This document shows positions 25,801 to 42,100 of a stretch of 64,000 nt of DNA, one piece after another. The position numbers were made by a program, and so were the translations under genes. How positions within the stretch are numbered: position 1 is the first letter of the stretch; each line of letters begins with the position of its first letter. The DNA lies in NCBI GenBank assembly GCA_044892525.1, contig CM097886.1, positions 69,812,001 through 69,876,000 on the forward strand, read 5' to 3'. The stretch comes from Schmidtea polychroa (Eukaryota). The notes under the pieces were generated by a model, which saw only the letters and a program-made list of their open reading frames with translations, was not told the origin of the DNA and searched no databases.

Positions 25801-28800
25801 TAAGATTAAGTTGTACCACTTGAATTTTTAACGAACTACGGCGACAACAGCACATACAACGCCAACCAGATTTACATCTGAGTCAACCAAGTTTCTTTAC
25901 GTTTTATTGCCTGTCAAAAACCAGTCTCGTTATAAATCATATTATCAAGTAAGTTTATTTCAATTGTCTTATAATTTTCTGTATATGTTTGGTAGTGAAA
26001 CTAGCAGGTAAATTATTGATAAAATTATATTCCTTATTAAATATAAATTCCGTAGAATTTACATAATCGTTTGGTCGAAACGAAATCGTAATTAGGTTGT
26101 TCAATGTTAAGTTATGTTTACTTTTAAATTTAATTTGTTCTGCGTCTTTAGTCGTACCCTTATGAGGTTGCTAAATTGTACTGGTACGACGCAAGAAATA
26201 ACTTGTTTTTTAAACATTTTTAACTGACGTTGCTTTTATTCTTATTTTAAGGTCAAAATTGTGTCAATGCGAATTTATAATAAATGGAAACAAGAAGATA
26301 TGGACCAAATTATTGAAGGAAGTTATTGGTTCAATGAAGCTCATAGGCAATACAACACTCCTAAACCAACGCTACGTCGTCATTTTAAAGAAATAAATAA
26401 TGTCAAATTTGGAAGGCCTAAGGATAGGACTGAAAATATGAAGGAGTTGGTTGCAAACATTCTCAACTTAGCATCAAGCTTTTTTGAACTTACCGCAACT
26501 GATCTAAAAAACCTTCCTTATCAATTGGCAGCAAAATATAAATTACCACATCGTTTCAATAGAGAAAAAGAAATTGCAGGGAAGTGGTACTATAAATTCA
26601 TGAAAGATAATTGTCGTTTATCTTTACGTACTATATAGGTAACATCAATAACCAGGACCAAGGCTTTCAATAAAGAATGTATTTATGGATTCTTTAATAA
26701 ATACGAAACCATATTAGACGAATACAAGTTCGCTGCGAACCAGCTATATAACGTTGACAAAACATGATTGTCCACTGTTAATAAACCATCCAAAATAATT
26801 GCTCGGAAAGGAAATATCAAGTTAACTTACAAGTAGTGAAAGGGGTTTGACAATTACAGATATATGCTGTATGTGACAGTTGAATTCATGCCTCCCATGT
26901 TAATATTTAAACGCTGTTTTTTAATAACCATATCGAGATGCTTATATAAAACACCATTACTAAATTTTTGGAAACTTTATAAAATAATTACTTTTATAGT
27001 TTATGAGGTGAAATTTTAACACTTTAATTATTGGTAATTAAAATTTGATATCAGTTGAACAAAATGGACAATTCAAATATAAATACTTACAACAACACAT
27101 TTTTTTAGTTTTTCATCTCCATCTTGTACATTAAAAGCTCCCGATGACATTATTTGTATAACACCAGTAGTTAGAGAATCATAATCGTGGACCAGTTTTT
27201 TGAAAGGATAATTAACATCTCCCATTTTATTTTGAGACAAAATCTGATTGTCATCATTGGCTTTGATTCTTTTTGTCGATTCTTTCTTTTGTAATCGAGT
27301 CACAGATATATCTTTGTTCAATGAATTATCAGTCACTGTATCATTGATTCCTTTGATACTTTGGAATATCAGAGTATGTGCCGAGGCCATGTCTAACGGT
27401 GCCACATTATTGTTTTCGGTCAACTGAAATTTCAACTAAATTCTGATAACTTTTAACATAAAAATTTACTCTAGCAGCTGATTTTTGAATTGATGCAATC
27501 ATATTTTCCAATGTACCGTGACAACTGGCAATTCCATCGATGAATTTCATCAAATCATCACAACCAATTTTTAAAGATGACAAATATTCCATTAGATCCT
27601 ACATTTTTATATAAATATGAAGAAAAACTTGAAATATTTAATTATATGTAAAATTTTATATTAATTTAAACCTCTTGAATAACACAATCACTTACAAAAA
27701 CGAAAGTGAAAGAAGCGAAAACAAATGATTGGCATCGGATAACAGAGATGTGTTATACCAGTGGTTCTCAAACTTTTTTGATCACGACCCAAATTTTTGA
27801 CATTTCATGCCAAAAATTTTATTGCGACCCACATGACAAAGATTAAATAAATTTAAAAAGGCTTAAACTTCCAAAATTTATATTTGTAGATCTTTCCATA
27901 AGTCATCGCGACCCACCAAAAATTCTTTCGCGACCCAAAAATGGGTCGCGACCCATAGTTTGAGAAACACTGTGTTATACACTTACAATCACACTCCAAT
28001 ACCAATTAATTCCACTACTACATAAGGATGCAAGTTTGTAAAACTTCGATAAAAGAATAGCGTAAATTCAGATAGTAAAAGAAATAATTCATAATGTATA
28101 ATAAACTGATAGCAATTTCTTGTACATTTATACATTCAGTAGTGCAATTGCCAAGCTTTTTGATGTAAACAACTAATTTCATTGTGTTCCAGTGTCTTTT
28201 TAACTGACTACATCATAAAATCGTAAATATCACCGATACTGCTCTCATCATACTTGATAAATAAAGTATGTTTACATCTCATAAATCATATAAACCAAAT
28301 AAGGAGTACAGGATATTTTATGAGTAACGCACATTTTAATTAGTTAATTATTATGAGCCATTAAGAAATTTTCTATGTTCAATTAATATATAAACAAGCA
28401 ATATTTTATAAACTTTGTAATTATTTCAAATCAGCTGTATTTTAGTTGTGAGCATGATTTCCTTCGAGGACTGTGTTTTCATTATAAAATTTTATTATTC
28501 TAGCGTGGAAAGTTCAACTGCAGTTCTGCTACTATTCAAGAAGCAACGTGATTTGAAAAAGGATCTCAGCACTCAGAATCAAAAGATTGGTGGATAAATT
28601 CGAAACAACATTTATCATTATTGATCAGAAGAAATGTGGACGACTGTCTCTGCAAGATGAGCAAGTTAAAAAACCCAAGGCGTACATCATTTTTCATTAA
28701 ACTATGTCACGGTGCATGTGGGTGAAACCAAACATTTCATTGTCCAACTCTTCTTCTTCCACAAAACTGTCATTGAAAAGCGCTATCTTTCAATGTTAAA

Positions 28801-31800
28801 CAACCACCTCAAAAACTATAGTGAGAATCAGCCGTAAAGTCCAGTCCACTACTTTTATGCAAAAATTTGGCAATGATTATGTCCTCAACCGTTATTTTCC
28901 ACACTTTTGGCATCCTCGTTTCTCAGACTTTAATCAGTAAAATGGAGAATATATTGAGCATTTGGTGTGAAATTTAAGCATATTCCTATGCTAATTTTAT
29001 GTTAATATAAATTTCTTGTTTTATATTAAAATTAGTATAAAGTGGGCGTAACTTGAAACACTCTTTACTAATTGATTTCTTTTTCATTGTACTTATTAAA
29101 AAGTTTGACTATGAATCAGTAAATATATCGATGTTTTTGATATTCACGAATTTTCGGCTTTGCCTTTTTTAAATAAATTTATCTTTAAACAAATTTTATT
29201 TTTAAAAAATTTTAAAATTATCATTTAAAAAACTATGGGAGCAAATTTCTTTTGCTCAAGCTAAGGGAGATTTATGAGACATATCTTCTCCGTTAGCTGT
29301 ACCTAACCTGTACAAAGTATTATAATGATAAAACGTCTAATAAATACTACACTTCAAGGGTTAATTCAGATACACATTTTTTAATTTTAAGTGGTATCGG
29401 TAAAAGATTTTTACTTGATTATTAGTAGTAGTTGATAATGTTTCGCATTCTTGTACCATAGCTAAAAATGCCTCCAATACGGTTTTAGTCAATTCTATGA
29501 TTTCACCACGATCTCTACTGTGAGGAAGAAGTTGTGCCAAATTATTTGAACTCTAAATATGATTTAAGTTTAATATATTAAATGGACAGTAAAAATTACT
29601 TCAGCAATTGGTGCCAAATAGCTTCCAGCTTGCCAAACAGCACGACCGAGATATTCAAATTTAGATTGATCACTGAGAACATTTTCAATTAGTGGGATGT
29701 TGTTTTTCAATTGTTTTAATGACAATTGCATTCTCTGAATGTCATTGTTTATGGAATCATTGGATTTTGTGTTCATTTTTGACGATTTATTCACGGAAAA
29801 TTGATCCATATTAGCTCGATCTAGATTCCTTAACACTTGTTTCAGTTCTTCTTCCATTTCAATATATTCTCTTTGGCCAGGTGCTGAAAATTTCACAACA
29901 TTTCTCAATCGATTGAGACAACTATCATAAGTTTTTTGATTTATTATAAAAGCTTGATTTGCTGGAATGCTCTTGGAATCTTTAACTAATGCGCCAGCTG
30001 CTCTTAATAACGAACATGAACCTTCAACCATTTCAATAGATGCTTGATGAATTTCGGTTTGCGCCTAATTCGAATTTTATTAATTAAAATAAATTGATTT
30101 TAATTATTTTACTTGTCGTCCCTGTTCGGTGATAGTTTTAACGGAGGGATTAGTAATTGGTGTATATTTGGCTATTTGTGATAATTGCTCAACAGTATTG
30201 AGTACGCCTTCGCACGCTGTTGTCCATTCATCCTTTTCTCCAGATTCTGATCGAGGACAACTATTGATTGTTTTGATCAGGTTCGCTGTAGCTTCTGCAA
30301 CTCGTTTACCGGCTTCTAACAAATTATTTTGATGATCAGGATCACTTGAATTATTGATACATTCCTTGACTAATTGGCAAACACTACTTGCTCGACTTTT
30401 AATGTCGGTTGCCAGTTCTCGACACTAAACAAAGAACCATTTTGAATATATTATTAATATTATAGAATAAAAAATAATATAATAAAGAGATAAATTGAGA
30501 ATAAATATGCCCAATATTAATACACACAAACGAATCTATACCAATCAGTGAATCCTCCAAATCCTCACCTTATGGTTCACTTTAATATGATATAACAATT
30601 TTTTTTAATATTATACAAACATATGAACCATAAAAAATATTATAATTATCATTATTAATTACTATAATAACTTACAGGTATTTCTGAATTATGACTTGAT
30701 GCCATACTAATACAGTTTTTAGATATGACAGAAACGTGTTGAATTAATGAGTCTAATATTGGATTTGTAACAGCGCTTGCAGATTCGATTGTTGCATTAG
30801 ATTGAATGAGTCCAAGCTTATAATTTGCTTGAGTAACCGCTTTCATCATATCAACAGTAGATGATGAAAGCACCTGGACAGCCGAGCAAAAATCGTTAGA
30901 GTCGCCAGTTTTGCATGCAACTGGAATACGTTTCAATTGCGTCAATAAGGACTAAAAATATGAACCATCATTCAAAGCATTTCTTTTAATAAATCATTTT
31001 AAACCTCGCTTAACTCTTCAACCGATTGCATACACTGATTATATGAACAATTATTTATCGGCAATGATGGGGGTTCTGCCAATAAACTGGTTTTAAGAGC
31101 TTCCAATTGCCGCTGAGAACTTTCACATAATTGTTGCGTAACTGGTAACGTACTCGCACATGCCGATAACAGATCATTGATGCTGTCAGAAACCAAGCTA
31201 AAAGCAAAAATTTGTAAATTTTAAGTTAGGAAACCAAGCATCAAAAGCTCATAAAATCCCAATAATAATTGATGTATTCAAATATTATACATATAATTGA
31301 TTTGTCAAAATGAAGACAAAATATAATCACAGAGAAAAGCACATAATATAATAAAATTTACATAAAACTGTACGAGACAATTATCAAAGGCGTGGTAAAC
31401 TGCACGAGACAGAATTAAAGCAATACTTTAACAATTTTAATGCATCACTAAAAAAGAAAAGAATAAAAAATGTAATGCACTTTAAAATGGATAAATAATT
31501 AAAAATTCTAAACCGTCGACAATCAAAAAAAATATAAGAAAAATTATCGATTGAATTTTTGCTAATTTTACAGACGAATTTCTTTACCAAATGATTATTG
31601 TGATTCACAAGTTAAAAAGTCAGAATTTTTCTTTAAAAAAAATTTCAGACAGAAAATTTTTTACGAAGGAAATTTCTGTGAATAATGAAATCCAAATTAA
31701 TCAGTTGATCAAATTTAAAACATTTGCACTGCATCAACTTCAAAATTGGCAGTGCTCTGAAAATATTTAGTAGAATTATCGATTGATTCCAGTGCTAGTA

Positions 31801-33053
31801 ATAAATCGGATAATTAATGATTATATCAATAGCTCGAATTATGTATCTGTAAATGTCAAATTATATTATTTTAGACATTAAACCAGATTTTAGATAGATA
31901 TTTCAAAAACACGATTTTTATTTCAATGTTTTTGTAAAGTACTACCACAACATTCCGTAAAATTACAATGCATTATCACTATCTGCGTGAGTCTTGGCAA
32001 TTTGACATTTCGAATCGTGGACACTGATCACTGGATTTCGGGTTGAATTATATTTATTTAATACTAAATATTACATTGATTTTGATTACTTTAATAAAAT
32101 GTTACAGATGATTTTCTAAAGCAGGGGTTCCCAACCTTTTCATAGTACCGTACCTGCACACTGTAAAAATTTTGATGGGGTATAAAATGCAATGGAGATT
32201 TGTAANNNNNNNNNNNNNNNNNNNNNNNNNNNNNNNNNNNNNNNNNNNNNNNNNNNNNNNNNNNNNNNNNNNNNNNNNNNNNNNNNNNNNNNNNNNNNNN
32301 NNNNNNNNNNNNNNNNNNNNNNNNNNNNNNNNNNNNNNNNNNNNNNNNNNNNNNNNNNAAAATATAATTATGACTTAAAAATAGTTAGTGAGAAGGTTGG
32401 GCCTGTATATTATTAACTAAAGAAGAAATATCGGGCTCAATGTTTGTCACTTTAAGGCGAAGATCCGATTCAATGTCCAGCAAAGCCCATACTTGGTTTT
32501 CAGCGAAGATATTGCAGAAAATCCTGTTTCACATAAATATGTGGTCGCAAATGGCATTAAAAATTTTAGAAAATTAGAAATTGTAAAATATTAAAATGTA
32601 TAGGTTATTGTAGTCATGTTTTTTTCGCAAAACAGATTTTTGTTTTATATGTAGTCAAGTAATTCGCGTACCGGTACTGGTACGCGTACTCAAGGCCAGG
32701 AATACCGGTTCTAAAGGAATTCGAACAAATTTTCGGTTCGTTGGATTATTTCTATATTAAATAATCATATTTCATTCCAGTTTTTAAACAAATTAAGGAG
32801 TTGATATGAATTATTACATTTATATAAAATTTAAATGTTTGTTCGCAAATTTTAATTGAAATCTAATGGAATTTATTTATTTATTTGTCCATTAAATAGC
32901 TTAAATAAAGTATTACTTTAAAGTAATTACTTGACTCAGCGAAGTTCGTACAATAACAATTTAGATTCCAATTTTTCTCAAAAACACTTATAGAGAAATA
33001 TTATTACGAAGATTATTTTTCTATGCATAAACCAAAGCAAAACAAAATATTAC

Positions 33054-33132
<79 letters not shown>

Positions 33133-36100
33133 TGACACTATCCCAAACTGTCGCCTTGAGACGTAAACAATTTCCATTTACTACAATACTGCTTTATCCT
33201 ACTTGGGATTCTGAATTAAAAATACATGGATTTAAAATTAGATGTGGGCAAATGTGCTAATTAAATTAATATTGAAAAATCGATTACTTTATAATTTATG
33301 TGTATAAATTATAAAGATTATTTTTCTAAACTTTTCAGTTAAACACGAAATTGAACTTCAAATATATACGAAATAAAAAGATCATTTATGTAGCTGAAGT
33401 TCAAAAAATCAAAAAAGCATGAAAATCGACACTGGAATATGTATAAAATTGCTAGCATTACCAAAAATGTTGTCATATCTTCTAATGAAGAGAACGTTTT
33501 TTGCGATAAGACATAATAAATAGTTGTAGACAATTGAAAATACTTGATTAAACGCTGCGAAGATTCACCAAAAACTCTGCACAGACTATCCCTGTTACTG
33601 AATGTTAAAGTAATAAACTTTAGAAACAAAATATATTTTAACATAATCGAGTTTTAATATTTATAAATTTACTGATGGAAATCAATCAGTTATTTTTAAC
33701 CGATAATATTTAACATAATAAACATAATGAAATTCAAATAACCTGGGAAAATACCAATATTGAATGACCTTATAACCCACGGTGTTTCAATACAATGAAT
33801 TGTCCCTACAAAATAGTTGTAATAATTCTTCTAACTGTAACTATGTAATGTTAAATTATAACATATTTTTACATAGTAAATCCTTAACCGTATTTTTAAA
33901 TTCATTTATCTTTTTGAAATTGAGTCTCAATTTAACTATTCAAGAGGATAACCGTGTCTTTATTTATTTAAATCCACAAACATACTCTGTACTGCTACTC
34001 TTTTTTAAACATCTATAATTTTGAATATAAACAGTAACATTTTTCACATTTTGCACCCACAAAGTAGATAATAGTAGGAAATTACAATAGGAAATCAACG
34101 TAATCATCGTAATTTCGGAATCTTTTTGAAAAAAAATAAGTACTTTATACTAATCTATTTTATAATGAGGTAAGGGAAGCAAATAGTAAGTAGAATATGT
34201 AAAATACCGTATAATTTATTTTACAGACCATAATAATAATGTAGTCGAATAATTATACATAAACAGCAACACAATCATATTATGACAGTATATTATTACC
34301 TGGTATATTATTACTATTATGTTATTACTATTGTATACATAACTACTCTATCATAATGTAGTAAATTTTGTTTTAATATTGTTTTAGTTAATTTCAGGTA
34401 AAACTGCAAAAAATAACTATAAAGTGCTGGTCAAATGTTTATTGACAATATTTTTTATTTTAGAGAAAATAAAATGACACGAACTACTGGTACACGATGC
34501 CTGACCATCCTAAAAAATGAAATGGTATGTAAAATGGTCGAAATGGAAGAGAAGCAGTTTGAAGTTGCCTCTACTTTTGCAGGTACACGAGCTCTCGTCA
34601 GATTTACTGTCAAAAGACTCCAGAGATAGGACACGTTTCGCAAGAAGATAACGTCTAGATATTCACCTCTTACTACTGCTAAAGAAGGCCGGTATCTGCT
34701 ATGACTCTACAAGAAGCAAGACTTTAACTAAGCTGGTTTCGCGAACGGGATAGTTGTAAATAGCTAGCAGACGGTTAAAGGAGACCGGACTGAAGTGTTA
34801 TCGCAAGGCTAATGCGTCACCGTCGACTGCATCCTTCAAAGCAAAACGACTGAGTTCTGCCAAAAAAAATGTCCTTGACGAAAAAATCATGGATAAACGT
34901 AATCTTCTAGGGCGAGACAAGATAAAAGGGCTAGTTTTGCTTCCAAAAAATCATTGAAGCACCCGATGTCATTGATTATATGGTTGTGCATTCATAAGAC
35001 AATCAAAAGCGACTTCATGTTATCGATTACCATATGAACGCGTCATGGTATTTCCGGGTGTTGAAAGAAAAGTCCATGCAGTTAATAAGTTAGCAGCTGG
35101 GTCCATATTCATTGCCATACAGCAGAACTTGTGAACTTCAATTTATATTCCCCAAGAAGTATTTAAATTTATTGCCTTTATTTAGGGTTGCATTATGGTT
35201 TACCAGATCTGAGGAAATCAGCTTTAAGTTGTCTTCAAACAACCCAAATTTGATTGCTATTGATCATGTATCTAACAAATATAAACGTAAAGTAACAATA
35301 AACATAGAGTTAAGTGTCACGAGAAATCGGTACAGATTTGTTAAATCGGAAACAAACAACTACATATAATGATATCATTTGTGTGAACTATATAAAAACG
35401 TGGATATCTTAAATATTATTGTTTATATAGGTATTTTTTCATTTAAATTAATTTCGCGATCGTTTAATATTTTGTAGAAAATAAACTCGAACCCTGATCA
35501 GGAGGTACCAATAATAATTAGATCAGCTAAATTATCATATTTCAATCATTTTGTCATTAGAAACTGATATACAGCATGACTTTTTCTTATTTATTTTTCA
35601 TAATTTAAAATTGTTATTAAATCATGTTTTTAATTTATTTATTCATCAAAAACGATCTGAATTTTCATTAAATTACCTGGCGGCTTTTAATAGAGATTGT
35701 CTCAGCAAATTAACATCTGAAGAACCCGATGCAGCCAATAGTAGTTTTAAATGATCCAGAAGATCTGTACTGTTATTCGATACAGATTTCAGTCCAGACG
35801 TTAGCTGTTGTTGATTATTTGGTGCTTCAGCTATCAGTTGTAAACCTGACATTAACATGCAATCATGGCTTTCATTCAACTGTTTAGCAAGTAGCGTTAG
35901 GGCCGAATGGGTCAGATTACTGTTGATCAGATCTCCTAAAGTCTGAATATAACAACATTCATTAATACATTTCAATCAATTTGACATCTAAATGCTATAA
36001 TAAATACCAAATAAAATTTGAGATGTTATTTGTATACGAAATTTTAAATATGANNNNNNNNNNNNNNNNNNNNNNNNNNNNNNNNNNNNNNNNNNNNNNN

Positions 36101-39100
36101 NNNNNNNNNNNNNNNNNNNNNNNNNNNNNNNNNNNNNNNNNNNNNNNNNNNNNNNNNNNNNNNNNNNNNNNNNNNNNNNNNNNNNNNNNNNNNNNNNNNN
36201 NNNNNNNNNNNNNNNNNNNNNNNNNNNNNNNNNNNNNNNNNNNNNNNNNNNNNNNNNNNNNNNNNNNNNNNNNNNNNNNNNNNNNNNNNNNNNNNNNNNN
36301 NNNNNNNNNNNNNNNNNNNNNNNNNNNNNNNNNNNCAGGATATAGAATTACCTGATTGAAAATTGCTACAGCTGTCGTGAATTCAGATTGAACTTGAGAA
36401 TGAGATTTTGTCTTGTTCGCATTTTCAATCACAGGTTTATTATTAATGACATTTTTATCAAACATTTCCATGCTGGATTTCAATTTGGCAACAAGAGAGT
36501 CGATTTCTTGGTAAGCAGGAATACGATACACGAGTTCATCGATATCCTCTTTCATCTGAATTTCATCACATAAAATTAATCCGAACTCTATTTTACTTTG
36601 TCTATTGATTTTTTCAACTCGTCAATAGCGACTGCTCTGATAGAAGCGAGTTTAATCCCTTGGATAACATCTTCACCACTGCGAATTATCTGCTTTCCAC
36701 AGTCAATGACATCAATTTGTTTTTCGTAGAGATTTTCATTGGAATCTATAAAAAATTCTGAGCCATTAATTTTAAAAATTAAATGAAACTTTAAATTATT
36801 CCCGTTCAAAGGATATTTAAAATAAAAAATGGATTTATAAAAAATTTTAAATATTTATAGACACATTAGGAAGGACATTGAAAACCAAAAATGGTAATTG
36901 AAACATTTCTCCGCTGCCTTCATAATTAGCCTATTAACAAACAACATCTTTTGAGTTTCGGATTATTGTAGGGTATCCGTTTTTATCACCAGTAATTTAA
37001 TGCTCTGGAAATTGGTCACATTTTGATCTCATCAATGTTCCAAGCAGACGATTTCCACACATTCATAACGGACTGCAACCGTTACTTTAATTTTTGCTAC
37101 TTGGAAGAACAACATCGAAACATGATGGTGAAATGCCTCATCAAAAGAGAATTATTGCTAAATTACGAAGCAATTTCAGAAACAGGCCAAGGAATGACTT
37201 CATATTTTCAGTACTTTGCGTTAGAGAAAAAAAGCAAAAATAAAAATGCGAGATGCCAAAAAGATTGAAGACATAAAAGAAACGATAACAAAAGTTGACA
37301 CTGTTAAGGGAAAAGAATCATTTGTAAACATTGTAGTGAAACGAAGATAAGAATTTGAAGAATGCCAGAGATTCCGAAATCCAAAGGAATATATGAGGCA
37401 ATGTGAACAAAAATGTGTTGAATATCATAATGAGAGTGGAACATACAAGTGAGCAGTGTATCAAACAGAAGAGACAATCATGGTACTCATATAGTAGAGA
37501 AGATTAACTTAACAACCAATGCTCAGATAATAAATCGAAAAATATATATTTTGTTATGAGTGTAACGAGAAACATGTGAGAAACAAATGTCTTAGTATTT
37601 CCTGCTCAAATTGTAGAAGAAGAGATCACTTAAAATGTCAATGCCGTGACACGCAATCACAAACACACAGAAGCCTCCAGTGATGCAAAAGTTCCAAAAA
37701 TGAATTTTTGAAGAAAATTGGGCTTTTATTTTTCAAGAAAAGTTCCACTTCCTGTTGTAGATCTTCCCTCTAAAATATTTTTTCATATGCCTAAATAGGC
37801 GCAAGATCGGTACTGTAGGGAGAGTGATCTAAGAGAACAAATCCATTTTTCTCAATCAATTGCATTAAATTCAAGCCTTCTTTGAACATTTATTTATTAA
37901 TTACAATTTAAATTCTGTCATTTTTTCTGAAAATTTAAACAACTGAGGTGTGGTAATTATTAGTATTGATGCAACTAAGCTTTACTTTAAAATACTTTAA
38001 TATAATTTAATATAGATTTTAACATACAACTTTAACACCAATAGTTATTTTAACTAACTGATCACACTTATATCATTTAAAATATATTATTTTTAAATAG
38101 GAGGTTTCGAACTTCTTATAACTGCTATTGTTTCCATACTTTTGTGGATTGTGGTGTGGTTTTGTAGGAACCGTCAGCGGTTACGTCTGAGTGTGTCTAC
38201 GAAGTTTCTACAATAGATGGAATTAATTCAGACTCTTTTCAAAAAAAAGCCGAATAGATAAGATCACTCAATAATTTTTGAAGACATGTTCCAGATCTCA
38301 TCGTCTTAGAATTCAATTTTTCAGGGAATTTCCGTTAGCTAAACTCACGCTTTGTCTTAAGACCATAGAAGGATAAAGGGGTTTCATCCACAATAATGAT
38401 TTTTCTAAGGAATTGATCACTATGTTCATCAAAAAAGATGTTTTCTGACAGCATTCCCTCCGGTTTTCACACATCTCAGAGAAAATTAAAGGTGGATGCC
38501 AATTTTTTACGCCAGATTCATTCAGAATGTTATGCACACCTACTGTACTCATATGTATCGTTGTTAGTGATTTGACGTTATTCCTTTACAATTTTTAAAT
38601 ATTTTTCTGTTATGACAAGCAATTCCACAAGGACAACTAACTTTCTCATCATCAACACCGATTGGCGAACATTTTTTGAGTTATCTAATCCAATTGTAGG
38701 TTGTGGTACGATAAAAGTGTATATTGCCATAAACTGTCTGCAATTGAGTCCAATGTTTGATGAGTGTTTTCACTACACAAAACAAAGAATTTAATCATAG
38801 CTCGATACTCGACAGGATATAGCATGATTTGACAAATAAATTGAAAATGTGCTGTCCCGTATTGCTATGTGGTGAATATTAAAATAAACTATATTTTCGT
38901 AACCATAAACAATATATTATGATTTCACTAGAATATTTTTAAAGTACTATTATTTTTTATGGGATAGTCCGGAAACTCATTGAACGCACCTCGTTCCTGA
39001 CAACGTAAAATACCATACTAAATTAGCACTGTGAAGGGGAATAATGTAGATTTTAAGGGTTTCATTAAATCAAGAGGATATTTATTGAAGCGTCGATGAA

Positions 39101-42100
39101 AATATTTATGGAAATAATATGAATAGTTATGGACTATAATTTTTAAAAAGCATGTGCTAACTACTTTCAAATAACAAAATATTAATTCTAAATATTAATA
39201 AATTTGCTTCAGAATATTCCAGAATATTCCAAATGGTGGAATTAAGTGTGAATTTAGAACTTTAACTCTTTCTAGAATTTATCTTACAAACAAAAGAATA
39301 TTAATTATGTCATGAAAAACGGAAAAAACTTTTATATATTAGCTCGGCAATCCTCGTAATACGGCGAAAAGTGTCCATATAAAAGAAAGCTTCATCGTTA
39401 ACATAAGAAAGAAGATGGAAATTTATTAAATACTTAGAGAAGAATTGGAGAAAAATACAAAAAAGCAAAAATTATTATCTTTTGAGAAATGTTATATTTT
39501 AATTTAAATATTTTACCTGTAGCCTAAGATATATTTTGGCATAAAATCTAAAAAATATTTAAAACTTATAAATATTAATTTAAAATTATTAAATTATTAA
39601 AATTATTAAAATTACTCGCATATAGGCCGAGTAATTTTGGATTAATTTTTTTTCTTAGCATAATTTGAAATAAATTATATATTACCCAAAATATCATTTT
39701 TAATAGGTCGGCTTATACGCAGGTCATCTATTTTTGATATTTTAATCAACCAAATTTGGGGAGTCGGCTAATATGCGATTATATACGGTACTTTTATAAT
39801 TTAAAATTTGAAAATATAACATTTATCAACATGAATATTTTTAATCAAGTTCAACCACACAGCTTTATGTAACTCAATGATTGAAAGCTGGTCCAAAGTT
39901 ACCAATGAAACCTTTATAATATATTGGTTTAAATTGTATTACTAAAAATGTAAATTAATGTCATTGAGACTCATAAATGTCAGCATGATGTTGATGAAGA
40001 CATAAGTAAAGATAAATAAATTTTGAGGTTATTGGAATTATATTAAGACTAAATTGAACAAACCAGTTTTGGATTTGAGTGCAGCGATTCCACGAGCTCC
40101 TCTTAATAATTTCTCCATGGATTCCATTAATTCTTTAGCACTTTTAATGAAATCAGATTGTAATCCAATATTTTCAGGACTATCGTCCAACGAATAATTA
40201 TTCAAATCGGGAAGATTATTGTAGAGCTTATCAAATATTTTCGAAGCTGCTTTACTTGAACTTCCGATTATTGCACTGACAGATTCAATCTGTGAAAGAA
40301 ATGTCAATAAACATCTTTTGTGCTAACAAATCGATTTTACTGTTTCTCCGGGAAGAGGATACAATTCACCTCTAGCAACTGATTCTGCCGCAGTATCCAT
40401 CCATGAATGAAGGGTTTGTAATTGACCATCTTCGATATTGGCAATATTTGCAACCCTTGTCGGTTTGAAGACAGTATCGGCTTGTTGTACACATTGTTTA
40501 AGATCAGCCAATGATGTTTGGGAATTTTGCATAGAAATATTTAAAGCACTTTGAATTGATGGATCTTTAACTCGGGGCTCAAGTGCTTCACTCGATTTAA
40601 GTAATTGTTCGAGATTCTAAAAACAATTGTCAAATAACGAACAATATTTTATCAAGCAAGCATTCTGTAATCATACTCTTATGTATTGGAATTAGAAAGA
40701 ACGAAGATAGTTAATTCAGATTACAGAGTGCAAAATTGATAAATATTAATAATATAAACATGGACAAAATTGTGGAGATAGAAAAGAAACACAAATATGA
40801 TTTTTATGAAAATGAAATTAGATTATTCCATAAAATGATAGTTCCATGTGAGGACAGTTGACTTAATAACTATTGTTCTCCATAATAGGTACATTGCTGA
40901 TCTTAGAATATAAAATAACAAATTCTAAAGAAAATATCTGTAAAATGAATATAGAAGATGACGATATGCTAGAGTAATGAGCATCATTTTTTGAATATGT
41001 TAATTAATATGAAAGCACTTTTCTGTAATTTATTCAACTTCTATTTCAACAACTTAAGAAAGTTTTGTTTTGCAAATATCTTTATGTTAAATATCTTTAT
41101 GTTGAATATTTGATTTTGATAACTTATATACCGACACTTTGTATAGTAAAACAAATCCGAAGAAAAGTTAATTTAAACAATAAACATAATAATTCAAAAA
41201 TATCGTTTTCTTTATTTTAGTAATAATTTAAATGTCAAATTTTAATTTTTAAGGATATTGTAGCAGAGAATCGCATTCAAAAATTTTTGTTTAGGACGGC
41301 ATCTTATATAAATCTTTCAATTTATTAAACTTTTGAAGTTCCAATTATACTTAATTTAGTTTGGCATCAATGGAATAAGATGGAAATACTTTCGAAATGT
41401 TTTTTATATAGGGGTTATATAATACTCTTCCACATTTTAAATTGTATTTTGTAACTCTTGGAATTTTATCAGTTTCAAATAATTTAGTACAATAGACCCT
41501 CGCCTTACGACCGCCCGGTTTTACGACCTCGTTTTCTGGGGCCAATCACAACCATGGCTCACAATTACGACTAGTCTAGCCACGCATTCCCCCAGCCTAC
41601 AATAGTTAGGCCCTAACTTGAATGAAAGTATAATGACTAATTTTGTAACAAAATACTAGACATTCATGTTTTCAATTACAATACTACCGAATATTATTAA
41701 AAATCTTCTTCTATTAATCTTCTATCACCTCTGTATTATCAACCTCTATTGATTGGCTGGCACATACAGGTTGAGCACCTCCAAGAATAGCTGGAGTCTT
41801 CTTAAAATAACAATTTAATGTTTTTTGAACTGATGGTTTTTTTTCATAATATATTTGTCCTTTAATAATGAATTGACTTTCGAACTACGTTGAAAATCCG
41901 GGTCATCATTTTCAAAAATCTTCATGCCAAATTCCAAGCCTTGGAAAGTCTCGAGAAGTCTTTTCGCGGTCATTGTGGGGTGTAGGGGTTGGGTAGCAGC
42001 AACAGCAGTCTCGTTTATTTCTTCCAATCTCATTTGATCTTCCATTTCAACAAGATCTTTTTAATATGTGAACACTTAGCGCACTTGTGATTACAGCATG

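Noticed and set aside
36054-36335. Hidden talin exons in the N-gaps of introns 24, 17 and 25
   Set aside because: Flanking exons are in phase and appear collinear with talin, so no exon is needed; the gap-spanning X-rich ORFs are artefacts.
37023-37760. Possible piggyBac C-terminal Cys-rich relic
   Set aside because: Only a loose CxxC pattern; no catalytic motif recognised.
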